A stretch of 64,000 nt of DNA from Euglena gracilis (Eukaryota). The notes under the pieces are model-generated. The model was not told the DNA's origin, did not search any database, and saw nothing but the letters and a program-made list of their open reading frames with translations. The DNA lies in assembly GCA_039621445.1 (NCBI GenBank), contig CP154954.1, positions 18,586,642-18,650,641 on the forward strand, in the 5' to 3' direction. Positions 1 through 12,383 of the stretch are shown piece after piece (position 1 is the stretch's first letter; each line of letters starts with the position of its first letter). A program made the translations under genes and the position numbers.

Positions 1-2438
1 GGACACATCCCCACTGCAAGTTCGGTGGAGATTCCCGACCCTTCCCTCCCCTGCAGACCACTTTCCCTTCACCCACATGCCTTGCTAAAGTCCCACACTC
101 CCACCTTCCACCTTCACGCACATCCCTTGACAAACACCCCGGAAACACCCTCCTTCCCTGCGATCCTGCCCAGCGAAGGGACAGATCTCCCCTGAACCCC
201 CCATCATTTTTCCCTGCGCTCCAGCAAACGCCCAAAAAAACGCAAGTTCGAGGCGGGCCAACCACAAAAAAGTGCGTCAAAAGCCCGGGAGTGGCATAGT
301 CACCGGACAAAGCCGGAAAAACAGGAAAACCGGCCAGAGTTGGGGGAGTAAAAAAAAAAAAAAAAGAGAACCGCTGGGAGCTGTCGCAGTCGTGCTCCTG
401 TTTGCTCAAATTTATGGAACTGCCAGCAAAAAAAAACATTTCGTGCATGTCCGAAATTCAAATTTTCAGACATGGGCGCAAATTCGCACACCGACCAAAA
501 AATGCTAAAGTGCAGGTTATGCCGCCTACGTCTTATCACAATGTACTGCTTTATACAAGTGAACGTCATTTTCAGAGGCAACTTTCTTTGTTTTTGCTTG
601 AAGCTCAAAAAATGCACGTAATTGTATGGTGGCTTAATTTCCTCACAGGGTGTTTTTTTCAGAAATTTGCTTAACTGATTATGATCATGAGTATGAGTAT
701 GACTATGTTTACAATTATGATTTACCAATGGGGCAAATCCATATATTTCATTTGGGGGGGTTATAAAATTAAAAGTCACAAAAAAAACCCCAGAGAAGAC
801 CATTTTGATCTTTTTTTTGGAATTTTGAGTTGTTTCTTTTCCAAACCATTGCTTCCATCATTTCCCTGAATGCTAAATTTTCTTGAACTTTTTCAAAAAA
901 ATATTAAAAAAATAATAAACAAACAAATTGATAAATAAAATAAAATAAACAAATTAAATAAAATAATAAACAAACAAAATTTCCAATAATTGTTTTGCAA
1001 TTTTTGTCTCCCGCAATTTTTGCCTGCACTGTGACATCACTGAGAAGGCATTATTTCTCTCCTCTTGAAGAGTTTGTACCGCACAGAAGGACCTGTTTGA
1101 TAAAATTGTTTCACTGGGAATCACAGGCAAACAAAGGGCCCTCCCAGAGAGTCAGCCAGGCTATTGCAACCCCCCCCCTGCAGTGGGCCGTACCTAAATG
1201 ACGGCGCAAGGAGAGAGCGGGCTTGTCTGCAAGCCGAGAGGGAGGAGCAGGTGTTGCAGGACCTCCTCCCAACACACATGCGCACACACCCCAAATCCAA
1301 GTCTGTGGGGGGAAATCATCACTGAAAAAGGATTCCTTTGTCGCATATGACTTCACAAATGGTTAATCTTTTAGAGTGCAGTTGCACTTTCGCAATTCCT
1401 GAGTGAGACTTGAAAAGACTTCCAGCATGTTTTTAAATGTGGTTTCGTAAAACAATTTGTGTGATTTTTTGTGAAAAAACGACGGTATGTGGAACTCAAA
1501 GGCGAACTATGTCGAACTCGAAATAGGCTGATTGTATTTATTTTATTTTTGTTTTATCAGATCAAAACTGTTCTTTGAATTTCTGAAACAAACATCCAAG
1601 AAATCAAAAGCTAGCTTCAGAAATTGACACTCAGAAATTTTAAAGAATCACTGCCCAAAATCGTGCTTATTTTCAAATCGCATTCAAAAAAATCCTCCCC
1701 GCCTCTGTCAGAGCGGACGCCCTCCTTTTCCCCTGGGAAGGTTTCACTATTGGTCCAAATGTTAAGGCTCGGCAACCAAAAAGGCAAAAGGCCTATCCAT
1801 ACAAGCAGGGGGGTATTCAACGAGTGGGGTGCAGGACAGTAATCAGACTGGAACTGGCTGGTGCCTGACAGAGCGGTCCTTAAGCAAATGAATAAATACC
1901 TAAAACCTCTGCTGAAAATCGTCAGGAAAAATGGCTGGAAAAAATGGCCATATTCTGGCAAAAACAGGTAGAATCAGGGGAAAAAGTGACTTCTGGCATC
2001 CTTGGACCATCACCAAAACAGCCAAACTTCAAAAAAAATGAGTTTTTCAACTTTCTTGGTTTTTGACCCTGTTCGAGTCCCAGTTTGGCCCTGGTCGGCC
2101 CTTGGGGCTGGGGGGCGGTCCTTAAGGGGCTCCTTCACGCTTCTTCACAGAAAAAAATATTTGGCAGTATCAACCTATTAAAAAAAAGGGGGTCAAAAAT
2201 ATGCAAAACCCAGAAATTATGTAAAAAATATGCCCTTTGACTTCTTGAATTTGAACCCCAGATAATACATCCCCCTGGCCCCTGACTTCATGCCTGAATA
2301 ATACACCCCCCGGCGTATTATTTGGGGGGGGGGTACTCAAAACTTAAGACCACCAATGCACTGAAATAAGTGGCAGTCCGACAGAGCCTCTCATTTGCCC
2401 CATAAACCAGAGGTCAACCTCCCAGAGCGTCCACATGC

Positions 2439-2531
2439 CTTCCAGAACTGGATGTCGTTCTTAAAGGCCAGGAAGTCAAACACGGTGTGCAGCAGGGTGA
2501 CGAGCACAGTGAGCCCCAGCAGCCACGGGTT
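2439..2531 (-). CDS. CLPTM1: CLPTM1-family exon NPWLLGLTVLVTLLHTVFDFLAFKNDIQFWK
   Basis: Matches the CLPTM1/CLPTM1L motif NPxLLxxT..LH..F.FLAFKNDI.FW. 93 nt, followed by a GC donor (AAG|GCATGT). Downstream exons not identified. Confidence 0.93.
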
Positions 2532-3664
2532 GGGTGCAAGGCTGCGCATCCCGGCCGCCCCTGAACTTTGGTTCGTCGCAAAATGATTGGCAGGGAAGGT
2601 ACAAAAAGAGCTGGGCAGAAACTGAGGAGTTTCCAAAAAAAAATTCCCAGCCATTTCTCAAGCATTGCCCAGTGCGGGAGCCAGCAGGAATGAATTGACA
2701 GTCGAAAAATGAACTTTTCAGGCTTTCTTTTAAATGCCTTGGCACAATTTTGAACTGTTTCCTGAAATCTTCCAAACAGTAAACAAAAAATGGTCAATGA
2801 AAATGTCCACCATTGTCAAGGATAGTTGTGTTAAAACAACTTGTCTATGCGTTGCGAATAAGATGCATTTTGATTTTTTCAAAACTGTGTCTTTTCACTT
2901 TGATAAATCCACCTTGCCAGAACCTTGCAGCTCACATTCTGTCATTTCTTTTCAAGGATTGGCAAACCTGTTACAAACAAAATGCCAGAATTTCAGCTGT
3001 AAAGTGCAGTGACACCCCCCACTTATAAACTCCCAGGGTTCATAGGGTATCTGGTTTGGTTGGCAGCCGAAGGGGGGGGGGGGGTTATGAGAGGAGGGCT
3101 ATTGATCAAGAAATTGTTGGTGAAAATCCAACCCCCAAAACGACCCCTAAACTCCCAAATTGGCAAACTTTGGCAAAACTTGTCAAAAATGGCAGTTTTG
3201 ATGATGGCACATAAAAGTTGCCAAAAATCAATTCGGGGAGGTTTTGCGGCCGAAAAAAAATCGTGCTTGGCATCTTTCATTTTTCTTGCCCTGTGGGGGG
3301 GTGTAAGTCAAAATTTAGTTCGTTGGCCCGAGGGGGGGGGGGGTTATAAATGGGGGGGGGTACGGGTGGGAGTTTTTTTGAGTGGGGGACGTTATGCAGT
3401 ACTCTGTATATATGTATATATAATATAATATATACATATGTGTGTGTATATATATATATATAAGCAACGTCCTTGGACCACCTTGGGGATTTGCCCATCG
3501 GCCGGGCATATTTCCTTCGGGATCATCTCCCTCGCGCAATGGACATGATGGGGAACCTCAGGCCACACGTGTGCAGCATGGCTGCGACCCCATTCTCTCC
3601 CCCCCAAGCCATGCCCCAAAGGAACCCAAGACACGGGTCTCTCAGAGACGAGCACCCTTGAAAC

Positions 3665-3691
3665 GGTGTCCATCAGCATCTTCTTCACTTC
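3665..3691 (-). CDS. CLPTM1: CLPTM1-family micro-exon EVKKMLMDT
   Basis: TTGCAG acceptor. Joins in frame to NPWLL, giving the family motif EVKxMLxDTNP. Confidence 0.88.
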
Positions 3692-3890
3692 CTGCAAAGG
3701 GGCCATGGCCTGCCCGCCCTGGCACAGCGGCTGTGTGGTGCTTACCCGCCGCCAGACGTGTTTTCCAGGAGGACCCGTGGTGGTCAGCACACACCCACCT
3801 GCCCACCCACCCACCGCTTGGTCAATTTTGGGGTCGGCACAGGGATGTATGGGAAGCCCTGGGGGGGGGGGGTCCAACCCCCCTCCCAAC

Positions 3891-4305
3891 CAGGCTTTTG
3901 CTTAAGGACCTGGGGGGGGGTGGGTACTGTCTTCCCAATCGGTTAGACACTGGAAAAAGTGGACTAGCTAGACCCCCCCTCCCCCCAAGGGGGGGGGGGG
4001 GGTCTGGGGGTCCCCCAGACTGGAAGAAAATTTTTCCTCCGGCGCTGCGCGCCAGAGGAAAAATGAGGTTTTTAACAGGTTTTTGGCTGATTTTGTTCCA
4101 AAAATTCCCAAAAATGTCCAAAAACGGGCATTTTTGGCCATTTTTGGGGGTCCCAAAAAAATTTTGGGCGCTTCGCGCCGGTCACTGGGAAAAAAATTTC
4201 CACTAGCTAGCCCTGCTAGAAAACCCACTAGCCAAATTTGGACTAGCTGCAGTCCAGCCCTGCACCCGGGGGGGGGGGTACTGCAATCCCTTAAGCAAAA
4301 GCCTG
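3891..4305. mobile_element. MITE with CAGGC..GCCTG termini and 8-bp TSD (hAT-like)
   Basis: TIR CAGGCTTTTGCTTAAGG / CCTTAAGCAAAAGCCTG; flanks ctcccaac / ctccgaac (7/8). Confidence 0.8.
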
Positions 4306-5332
4306 CTCCGAACGCAAAGAGGGGGGGGGGGGTGAGTCGGACTCCCCCTCCCACAAGGGGCCGGGAAACTTTCAGTTCTGTGGGCGGTCAAAGGGCCACA
4401 TACCAGGCCAAAATTGTTGGAGAATCCCTGATACTTCTTTAAATAAAGAAATCGATCGTTTTTGAATTTTTTTTGACTTTGTTCATGGAAAACACCAAAG
4501 CATCCAAAAGTGTGCAATAAGCTTCAAAGTGAGGGGGGGAAAGCAATTGCTTGCATTTTTCGGCCCACAAGAAAATTCTTTGCCATTTTTAGAACCTGCG
4601 AACAAGGAGGGGGGGTGACCCCCCCCCCACCAGCTCACCCCCCAAGGACCAGGGTTTGTGTAGTGCTGAGCTCTTTTCCTGCCTGATGGTTGCAGGGAAC
4701 CCGGCCCGACCCGGCTGGACCGGTGGCCCGGCCCGCTCCCCAGGCCCGGCGCAGAGTCGAAACAGCGGGGGTTGGAGAATCCAACCAAGTTTGGACCCCT
4801 TGTTGGCTGAACAACTCGGGCATGGCGAGAGTTGGGGGTCAAACGGAGGTGATTTGGAAAGCTAAGACCCAGTCGCTCGCGGCTGGAAGAAATCTGGGAA
4901 CTGGGCTGGGGTTATGGTGATAATCCGAAGTTTTCATTCCCACCCAGGGGCGGGAGGGGGGGCAGGTCCCACCCCTCTTTTCCTTGGTGGTGAGATTTGC
5001 TCTTACTCTAAAGAGATAAGAGCCCCCTACCACCCTACCTCAGTGCCGACAGGCTGCCCATACATCCTCGAGTCGCTTCGCTCCTGAAAAATTGGCACTT
5101 CGCTAACCCCCCCTCTGTGGGAGATATACTCAGCCCAGCCACTTAAAAAAAAATTCTGGCCCTTCCTCCCTTGTTCGACAGCTCAGTCTGATACCAAACT
5201 GGCCAGGAAACGCATTCATTGGTTGGAAGGGTTCATTGTCGGGGGGGGGGGGGGGGGATCCCACACACAAAGCTGCTTGCAATCATATAATGAGCAGCGA
5301 GAGTCATCGAGGGGAAAGGGCGCCACACAAAC

Positions 5333-5383
5333 CTCATGGGCGCCGCCTAAGCCCATCGCAGCCTGCTGCTGAAAAGTCTGCTC
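5333..5383 (-). CDS. CLPTM1: CLPTM1-family exon EQTFQQQAAMGLGGAHE
   Basis: Continues KWQMLVAL in frame and ends at a GT donor (GAG|GTTTGT). Conserved at 40745-40795. Confidence 0.75.
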
Positions 5384-6037
5384 GGATCAACCCGGCTCTG
5401 CGTTCGCACGCTTTCAACCCTTCCCCCATATGCAGAGGGCCAGGGGGCAAACAGGGTTTGGGTCACCTTCTGGTGGGCATGTACATACTGTCATGGAAAT
5501 GGGTGTGTACATACCAGACAAGATGCAATGGATGCAGACAGTGGATTAATGTGCTGTATGCAGATACTGGATTATTGAGGGATTAGGGGAGATGCTTGTA
5601 GCCAATGGTCTAAAACTGGCTTTGGCCGACCAAAGTGGTTTTAAAGGGGCCCAAATGAGTCAAAAATGACCAGAAAACAATTAGAAACAATCCAATGCCA
5701 TAGAAGCAGCCGGGGGCTCTCCCGTTGAAATTGAGCCCTCCGAAGTGGAAAAGGCTGAACGAGGGTGCAGTGTGCAGTGTCTGGGTGGGGTGGGTGGGGG
5801 GGTTCAAAGCCGTTCCAACAAGTCTGTGAGGACCCCGCAGGAAGAACCTACAGCGATGGCCACCGCTGAACGGTCGAGGACTTGGTTTCCCCTCCCCACC
5901 CCCGCAGCTGTCCGGGAAGGCTTGATTGGGGGTTGGCCTGGGAGGTGGGGGGGGGGATCGTGGGGGTCCGAAGGGGGGGTCGGGGATTCCCATTCGGCCC
6001 CGCACCTCCGCCACCCCCGGCAGGGCCGGGTCGGCCC

Positions 6038-6142
6038 CAGGGCCACCAGCATCTGCCACTTCACCAGGCCGAGGGGGTCGTACGAAATGTTGAGCGGCAG
6101 CAGCTGGCCCAGCAGGCTGGCGTTGACCTCCACGAGGTGCTC
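6038..6142 (-). CDS. CLPTM1: CLPTM1-family exon EHLVEVNASLLGQLLPLNISYDPLGLVKWQMLVAL
   Basis: CAG acceptor; family-like LPLxISYxPL..KWQ. The 3' junction is ambiguous by 1 nt. Confidence 0.88.
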
Positions 6143-7419
6143 CTGCCGGGGGAAAGAAAGGCCTAGCCAGGCCGGAAACGCTGCAGGGGAGGGCCAGCAC
6201 GAAGCGGGGACATCCCCAAGTGGCAGACAGGACTGTCTGACTTGAGGCTAACCCAGGGCTGTCCGGGAGGGCCCGGTGGGGGGGGGGGTCCAACCCCCAC
6301 CTGGGAGCCCAATATGGTTTTGGAAACAGAACAGTACAGCTAGAACAGCCGTCCCCGCTTTTCTGAAAGGCGTGGTGGCAGGGTTTGCCAGAGGCGGCCG
6401 CCAATAATGGAAACAAATCAATATACACATTGCACATTACACAAAATACAATTTTTACACATTGTGGCCATTAATTACTTCTCAACCACTCACTCCGAAT
6501 TCTTAATCCCCCGCCAACTTACTGTGCAGGCCCTGTTGGCCCCAACGGGCCGGGGGACCAACAAGCTGCAAAGCCAAATGCCTTGAAAGGGGATAATTTT
6601 GGGAGGGTTAAAGGCCGAACCCTGTCTTTACTCCAGGCTCGCGAAAAAAAATTAACAATTCGCCAAGAGCCAGCACCAAAGACACGATGCTAAACTATTT
6701 TTTTTGCAGACCCTCAGCCAGTGACGTCAAACAACAAACCTTCCGATCTCTCTCATCACACCCTCCCTGACGACTCACTTTCCCAGAAACAGCTTACTGA
6801 TTTTGCTGTGTGCACTACAAAAATTTTATGGTACCAAAGTGATACCGCCATATGGAACATGTCGCAATTATGGCAGTTGTGGAGCAAACGAAGCATCATA
6901 ACCCCCCCCAATTGAAGCAGGGGGTGCGCTTTTTTGGACCCTGCGCTTCTAACAGCATGCTTTTATTAGGGGGCGCAGGTTTCGACTGTCTCTGGAGTTA
7001 GAGGCAGGCAAACTCAACGCATTCAGACATGACCAGGGGTTTCTTTAAGACCGGGGGTCTCCCCCCACCCACCCACCCACCCCCCCCCCCCCCCCCGGGG
7101 TGTCCCGGGGGACCCACCCACGTTTCCCCGAAAATGACCAAAAAAGCGAAGAATGCTAAAAATGGCGTATTTTCAAAAAGGATATCCCACCCCCCCTGGG
7201 GGGCCCCCGGGGGGGGGGGGGGGGGTCGGCCACTCACCACAGAGCAAGCTGGGCCAGAAGCGAAGTTAGCGCCGGCCATAAACAGACAAGAAGCCTTAGT
7301 GCAACTAAGGGGGGGCCTCGGCCGGACCCACCCACCCTACCCCCCCCCCGGGGTCCAAAACTAAAATAAAAAAAAACCTGGACATGACAAACATTCAATT
7401 GCACAAATTCAAAACACAC

Positions 7420-7539
7420 ATTCAACTGCCAGAACTCGTTGATGTACAGAACTGGGTACCAGTGCCCAGCTTCAAAGTCAAAGTGGATGAACTCCATAAG
7501 TTGTGGAGGTAGGTAAGCCGGCCGGTAGAAATTGAAGTC
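7420..7539 (-). CDS. CLPTM1: CLPTM1-family exon DFNFYRPAYLPPQLMEFIHFDFEAGHWYPVLYINEFWQLN
   Basis: AG and GT boundaries, 120 nt; family motif YP.L..NEFW.L. Confidence 0.92.
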
Positions 7540-7594
7540 CTGCAACAAAGGATGGGAGAACACTGTGTGCATGGGCATGCCTGAGTGTGAGTGT

Positions 7595-7938
7595 CATACC
7601 ATTGCTTAGCGACCATACCATTGCTTAGCGACCCCCGGGGGGGGGTCACTTTCCACTCCGAAAAAACCAGTCGGTCACTTTTTCCGAAAAAACCAGTCAG
7701 TCACTTTACCCCCCCCCCCGGGGGATCGGCCACTCTTCAGGAGGCAACAATGGGCAAAAAAGTCTCAAAAATCCAAAAAAATTTCCGGCGCCAGACCAGC
7801 CACTTTTTCCATTTTCGAGCCTACCCCACCCCCGGGGGGCGGGGGGCTCTGGGCCAAAAAACCAGTCAGTCACTAGGAAAAACCAGGCAGTCACCCCCCC
7901 CCGGGGGTGAGGTGGGACAGGTGCTAAGCAATGGTATG
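7595..7938. mobile_element. MITE with 16-bp TIR and perfect 8-bp TSD
   Basis: TIR CATACCATTGCTTAGC / GCTAAGCAATGGTATG; GTGAGTGT on both sides; internal AAAAAACCAGTCAGTCAC repeats. Confidence 0.85.
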
Positions 7939-7944
7939 GTGAGT

Positions 7945-7980
7945 GTGTGTATGTGTGTGTGTTGTGCGCGAGTGTGTGTG

Positions 7981-8012
<32 letters not shown>

Positions 8013-8043
8013 TGCATGCGTGCGTGTGTGCGTGCGTGCGTTG

Positions 8044-8080
<37 letters not shown>

Positions 8081-8096
8081 GTGCGTGCGTGCGTGC

Positions 8097-8127
<31 letters not shown>
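7945..8127. repeat. (GT)n/(GCGT)n compound microsatellite
   Basis: Read directly; copy at about 43955-44150. Confidence 0.95.
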
Positions 8128-8300
8128 AACGCGTGTTATGTGTATGTATGAAGGTGGGTGTGGCTGTGGGTGTGGGTGAACTTTCGTGTCTGTGCACGTG
8201 GATTGCATTCCTGATTATGGAGAATGAGATGCGAAAATGAAGTTTGAGGCAAGAGACCGGTTGTTCCTGGGGCTGGGATTCCAGCACAGGGAAGGGGCAC

Positions 8301-8435
8301 CTCTACGAGGGCAAAGGACAACGTCGGCTTCCAGTGGGGGACCCAGACGTCTGGCACCACGTCCTCCACGGCAGGCACGTCCTCAGCGGCAGTATCCCCA
8401 AACAGGTGCCGGGTTGCAGCAGCCGCCTGTGCAAC
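8301..8435 (-). CDS. CLPTM1: CLPTM1-family exon VAQAAAATRHLFGD...HWKPTLSFALVE
   Basis: HWxPxL...V motif and GT donor at 8300. The 5' boundary is inferred from the nonconventional acceptor CTGTTTAC|G. Confidence 0.85.
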
Positions 8436-10426
8436 GTAAACAGCAACAAAAATAAAACTCCATTTGACACGGGGTTCGCGCTGCACACTTTGAAACACAC
8501 ATTAAATTACTTTTGGGGGTTGGTGATGGATTATGAGGCTACGAACACCAGAAACTGGCGAGCAAACCTACAACCGAGAGGGTAAAGAAGGTGGGTCGAA
8601 ACCTCAACATCGGCCTCAGAGCCCGCATTCTCTGAAAAGGGTACTCTCAGGCAGTCTCCTTCGCACTTCACGCGTAAAAGTGGACCTTGTGTATGCAATT
8701 GTGCAACTAACAGGAAGAAAAAGCGGTTTTAGGGGTCGCTTTCAGGGGTTTTTGAACCTAAGTTAGTCCAAAAACATCGAGTTTGTTGTGGTGGATGACT
8801 CCCAATGCGTCAACAAAAGAAGGCTGTGAGAAACAGGGGTAGGTCTGGAAGTACAAAAAAAAATGTTTTGTGGTGGTTGGTTTGAATGCTGACCTTCAAA
8901 TTTGTGATCACTGCTGGCACGACGCGCCTTCTGTTGCCGAAGATGTGGACCGGTTTTTTCTGCCCCCTTTTCCAGAATGGGTTTTATGTGTCCAAGACAG
9001 CCTTCAATAAGCATGTTTCATGTTTTGGTACGGCCTACGCCCCCATACAGCATTTGAACAACAATTAGATTGTTCCAGCAGGTGATGGAAGGACGTCAGA
9101 ATTACCAGGGGTTTTTTGCACAAAAAGGTGTATTGGTTCACCAAAATATGTGGTCGCTTTCTGTTGTTGGTCAGACATGTAAATGAGATGTTTGACGAAG
9201 TGGGTGCAACAACCCTTCTTTGTCAGGCTGCGAGACAGCGGTACTCTTTTCATCTTTGACGGACGGATGGACAATGTGTAAGATGGTATAAAATGCCTGT
9301 GATGGGAACGTCAGAACGTAGCAGTTGGTTTAATTGTGCCTGTATTTCTTTGAAGGGAAACAACTCAGAAAATGGTTCCCGATGTGGAATGCGGGAATGG
9401 GGATGCGGGGATTTCAAGCACTTGCCCTTTGCCAGACACATCGCCATTGAAAAACAGAAGCACTTCGGGAAATTGTCAAAGAGAGTGGCATGGCTGACAT
9501 TCTCAACAGTTCAGCAGCATATTTCAAATTTCAGGCATCTCACTTTTTATTTACCGGCACCGCACCCCTCACTGGCCCTGCAATATAACCCCTGATTTTT
9601 GCGGACATGACGCTGCGCGCAAATTCTGCGTGCCGGCAGGACCTGTCTTGAGGCACCACAGTGAGGACAAAAAAGTTCAAAACAAAGCACGCAGCACGTG
9701 GGCAACAATGAAAAAAAAGAAAACAAAAAGCAGGTGTCCTTGTTTTGACTGAGGTGTGAGTACATGACACAAAGACCTTTTTTTTTCCACCATGTAAGGG
9801 AACATGGAAAATAGACCTGGAACTCACTTGAGTGCTTTGCGAGTGACGAAGCCGAGTCATCCAACGCTCAGTCACTCTGTCACTCTGCAAACACCTCTGT
9901 CCTCTGCCCTTCTTTCACGCCTCTCAACCCCATGGATTATCTTCCCTGATCCCTGTCTTGTGGTCCAGATGCCCATGCAGGAAAACACAACAAAAAATGG
10001 GGGTCCAGATTTCCACAAAGGGGGTGCTTCAAAAAGGGGCGTGCTTCGAGGGTGCCGGTGTCTTTTAGGGGGTGTTGCATGTGTTTGAAACTCATGCTCG
10101 GGCCGCGAAACATCGTCAAAAACGAGCCACCAGGGTGAAAACCCCAAAAAGTCATCTGCCAAAGGGGCATCTATCTACCAGGAATTAAAAAAACACAAAA
10201 CAGGAAATGTCACTTCTTTCAACAAGGATTGGAGTGCAAACAAAAAGTCATTTGCAAAAGAATTGCTAAAAAGTGCGAAGTAGGACACCAGAAAAATTCC
10301 AACCCAACCACCAGGTGGCAAAGCCAGTGGCCCAGACTGGGGAGAACCAGTGCTTATGGTGATTGGGTGTGGGAGATGGAGGGCTGGTGGCAAGCGGAAG
10401 CAAAGGGTTCGGGCACACTCCTGTTT

Positions 10427-10458
10427 GGGCAAAAACTTCACCAACGGGTGCACAGCGT
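10427..10458 (-). CDS. CLPTM1: CLPTM1-family micro-exon (H)AVHPLVKFLP
   Basis: 32 nt, restores the frame between neighbouring exons, with nonconventional intron ends on both sides. The duplicate has a synonymous TTT/TTC difference. Confidence 0.75.
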
Positions 10459-11839
10459 GTAGACAGGCTATCTTTCCTGATGGGGAGAACCCCTTTTTGA
10501 CAGAAGTGGTTCTCAAAAAGAATTGCATTCACAAAACAGAAGAAGCTATTTTGAGGAACCACACAAATCTCTGGCTAATTTCTGGCAAATGGTGTATTTT
10601 GCAAGAGGAGAAAATGTGGCTCCCCCCCTTATTGTTTTCCCTGACGATTGGGGGGTGGGTGCTAAATTCCCAATGAAACCAAATGCGCGCGGAAGATTCT
10701 TTCCTAGCGCGATTCTTTCCTAGCGCGCTGAAGGCGCCAGGAAAAAAGAGGCCGTTTGGGGGTGGGTTACTGACAACCCACCTTGTCACCAAGGAGGTCT
10801 GCGGAGCCCAAAGGGGTGACAAATAAGGATCACATTGCCGTTATTTTGATGGTTCTCATAAATGCACAATTTTTCCGTATTGACCATTTTCAATGGAAAC
10901 CGCACAATTTATTCTTGGGGGTTAAATGAAACAAAACCTGAGAGAGTTTTTTGTGTGTTAGACACACATATCACAGAGGGACATGTTAAAGTGGGTTCAA
11001 CAAGTTGGTGTCCACATCTAAAATTTCATTGACAAATCACATCTTCTTTAATTCAGAACAGGTCAAAATGAAATTTTCGAGGGTTTTACAGAATTAATGG
11101 AAAGTTCTGCAGAATGGTTGAGGTGTTGCAAAAAAATTGGCGCCTCCGCTAGCAAATTCCCCCCCACACACATGGGGTGCTTCCAAGGGAGATGGCAAAG
11201 TGGATGAGTTTTTGGATGTGCCTGGAGAGAGGGGAGGGGGCTGCGCCCCCCCCCCCCGGAGACCCCCCACCTCCCCCTCCCTCCAAATAAAAGTCAACAA
11301 GCATCTTTCAGACGTATTTTTGTGCCCATTACAGACACAACATTTCACAGCGATTCCGAACATGCAAAAAAGGAACAAGAAAAATTTGTTCAGGTTTACC
11401 CCCCCCACAAAGGCAAGAAAACGGGGGCAATTTTTGCAATATATGGGTTTTTCGTCTGTTCTTAGCAGATTCTTTATTCGTTCCATTCCGGGAAGAAATG
11501 TGATCAATTTTGAGTCATCATTGTGGTCCAATTCAAAAGTTCGCTTTTGAAAATTATGTGGAGCCAAGAAGGATCTGTGAGAAAATAATTTTGTTCGCAT
11601 ACGATTCCAGGGCCAATAGGAAAAATTTGGGACGCATGATTTTGTTGTAAAGCTAACTTGCATCACTTGTGTGAAAACAATTTTTCGAGGGGCAATAAAA
11701 CAAAGCAAATTTCCTATGTGAAATGGCAGAATTTTTCATTTTCTCTCAAGCAAAGCCAAGCCGACATACCTCCATCAGAAGCTAGAATGGGAAAAATGAA
11801 TTGAAAGAAATACACTTGGTACCCGAGAAATGCCTGGAT

Positions 11840-11915
11840 GGATGATCCTCTTCTCATCCGCGGCGGCCAACTCCGTCCCCTGCTGCGCAACGAAGATGTG
11901 CATCCAGAGTGACCC
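11840..11915 (-). CDS. CLPTM1: CLPTM1-family exon GSLWMHIFVAQQGTELAAADEKRII
   Basis: Completes the family motif NGSL..H.F with the upstream exon; 76 nt, phase consistent. Confidence 0.87.
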
Positions 11916-12214
11916 GTTTGCCAGGGCTGCACAGGAGGGCCAGCTGGGGTTCCCCCCCCCCTATCTCTGGAAAAAAATCAGTTTGCAAACTGCCCCCCCC
12001 CCCAACGCCCGAAAAAAACAAGTGGTCCTGCGAACCTCACAAAAGCAAAATTGCGCACTCAGAATGGCATCACCATTTGCAATTATGTGCTTTCGCCGTT
12101 CACAACAGCACAACCTAATGTTTTGTGTGCATTTGTCACCAGGGAGGTGGGGGTCGGATCCCCCCTTCCTAGGGTCCCCACCACCACCACAAGAAATCCC
12201 ATTCAGCCCTGCCC
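11916..12214 (-). other. Nonconventional intron retaining element TIRs (CAGGGCTG/CAGCCCTG) and an 8-bp TSD relic
   Basis: Minus strand reads AAC|GGG CAGGGCTG...CAGCCCTG GCA(A)AC|GGG; no GT-AG solution found. Confidence 0.85.
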
Positions 12215-12383
12215 GTTACCCGCCAAGTACTCATCCACAGGGACCTCCAGCTGGTAGGTGTGCTGCGCCTGGTCCTGTGCGGAGTCGAAGACGACCACAT
12301 CACGCCAGACGTGCAGGCTTGGGTCACCGAAGTCGACGGCCGTCCAGTTCGGGTCTCGTTTTAAGAAGAGCTGGACGTCCAAT
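12215..12383 (-). CDS. CLPTM1: CLPTM1-family exon LDVQLFLKRD...VPVDEYLAGN
   Basis: 169 nt open frame, phase consistent with both neighbours, conserved at 48242-48410. Confidence 0.83.

Noticed and set aside
7706-8287. His/Thr- and Cys/Val-rich ORFs, and similar G/P/K/F-rich ORFs throughout
   Set aside because: Translations of microsatellites and homopolymer-rich repeats.
9596-9642. Candidate CLPTM1 exon VLPARRICAQRHVRK
   Set aside because: It has an AG and a CAG-type donor, but the exon at 10427-10458 fits phase and family sequence better and joins directly to 8435.
8427-10420. GA-AG intron giving LPKQAAAATRH
   Set aside because: It is in frame and not excluded, but AAACAG..CTGTTTAC fits the pairing rule seen in the neighbouring introns. 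cDNA is needed to decide.
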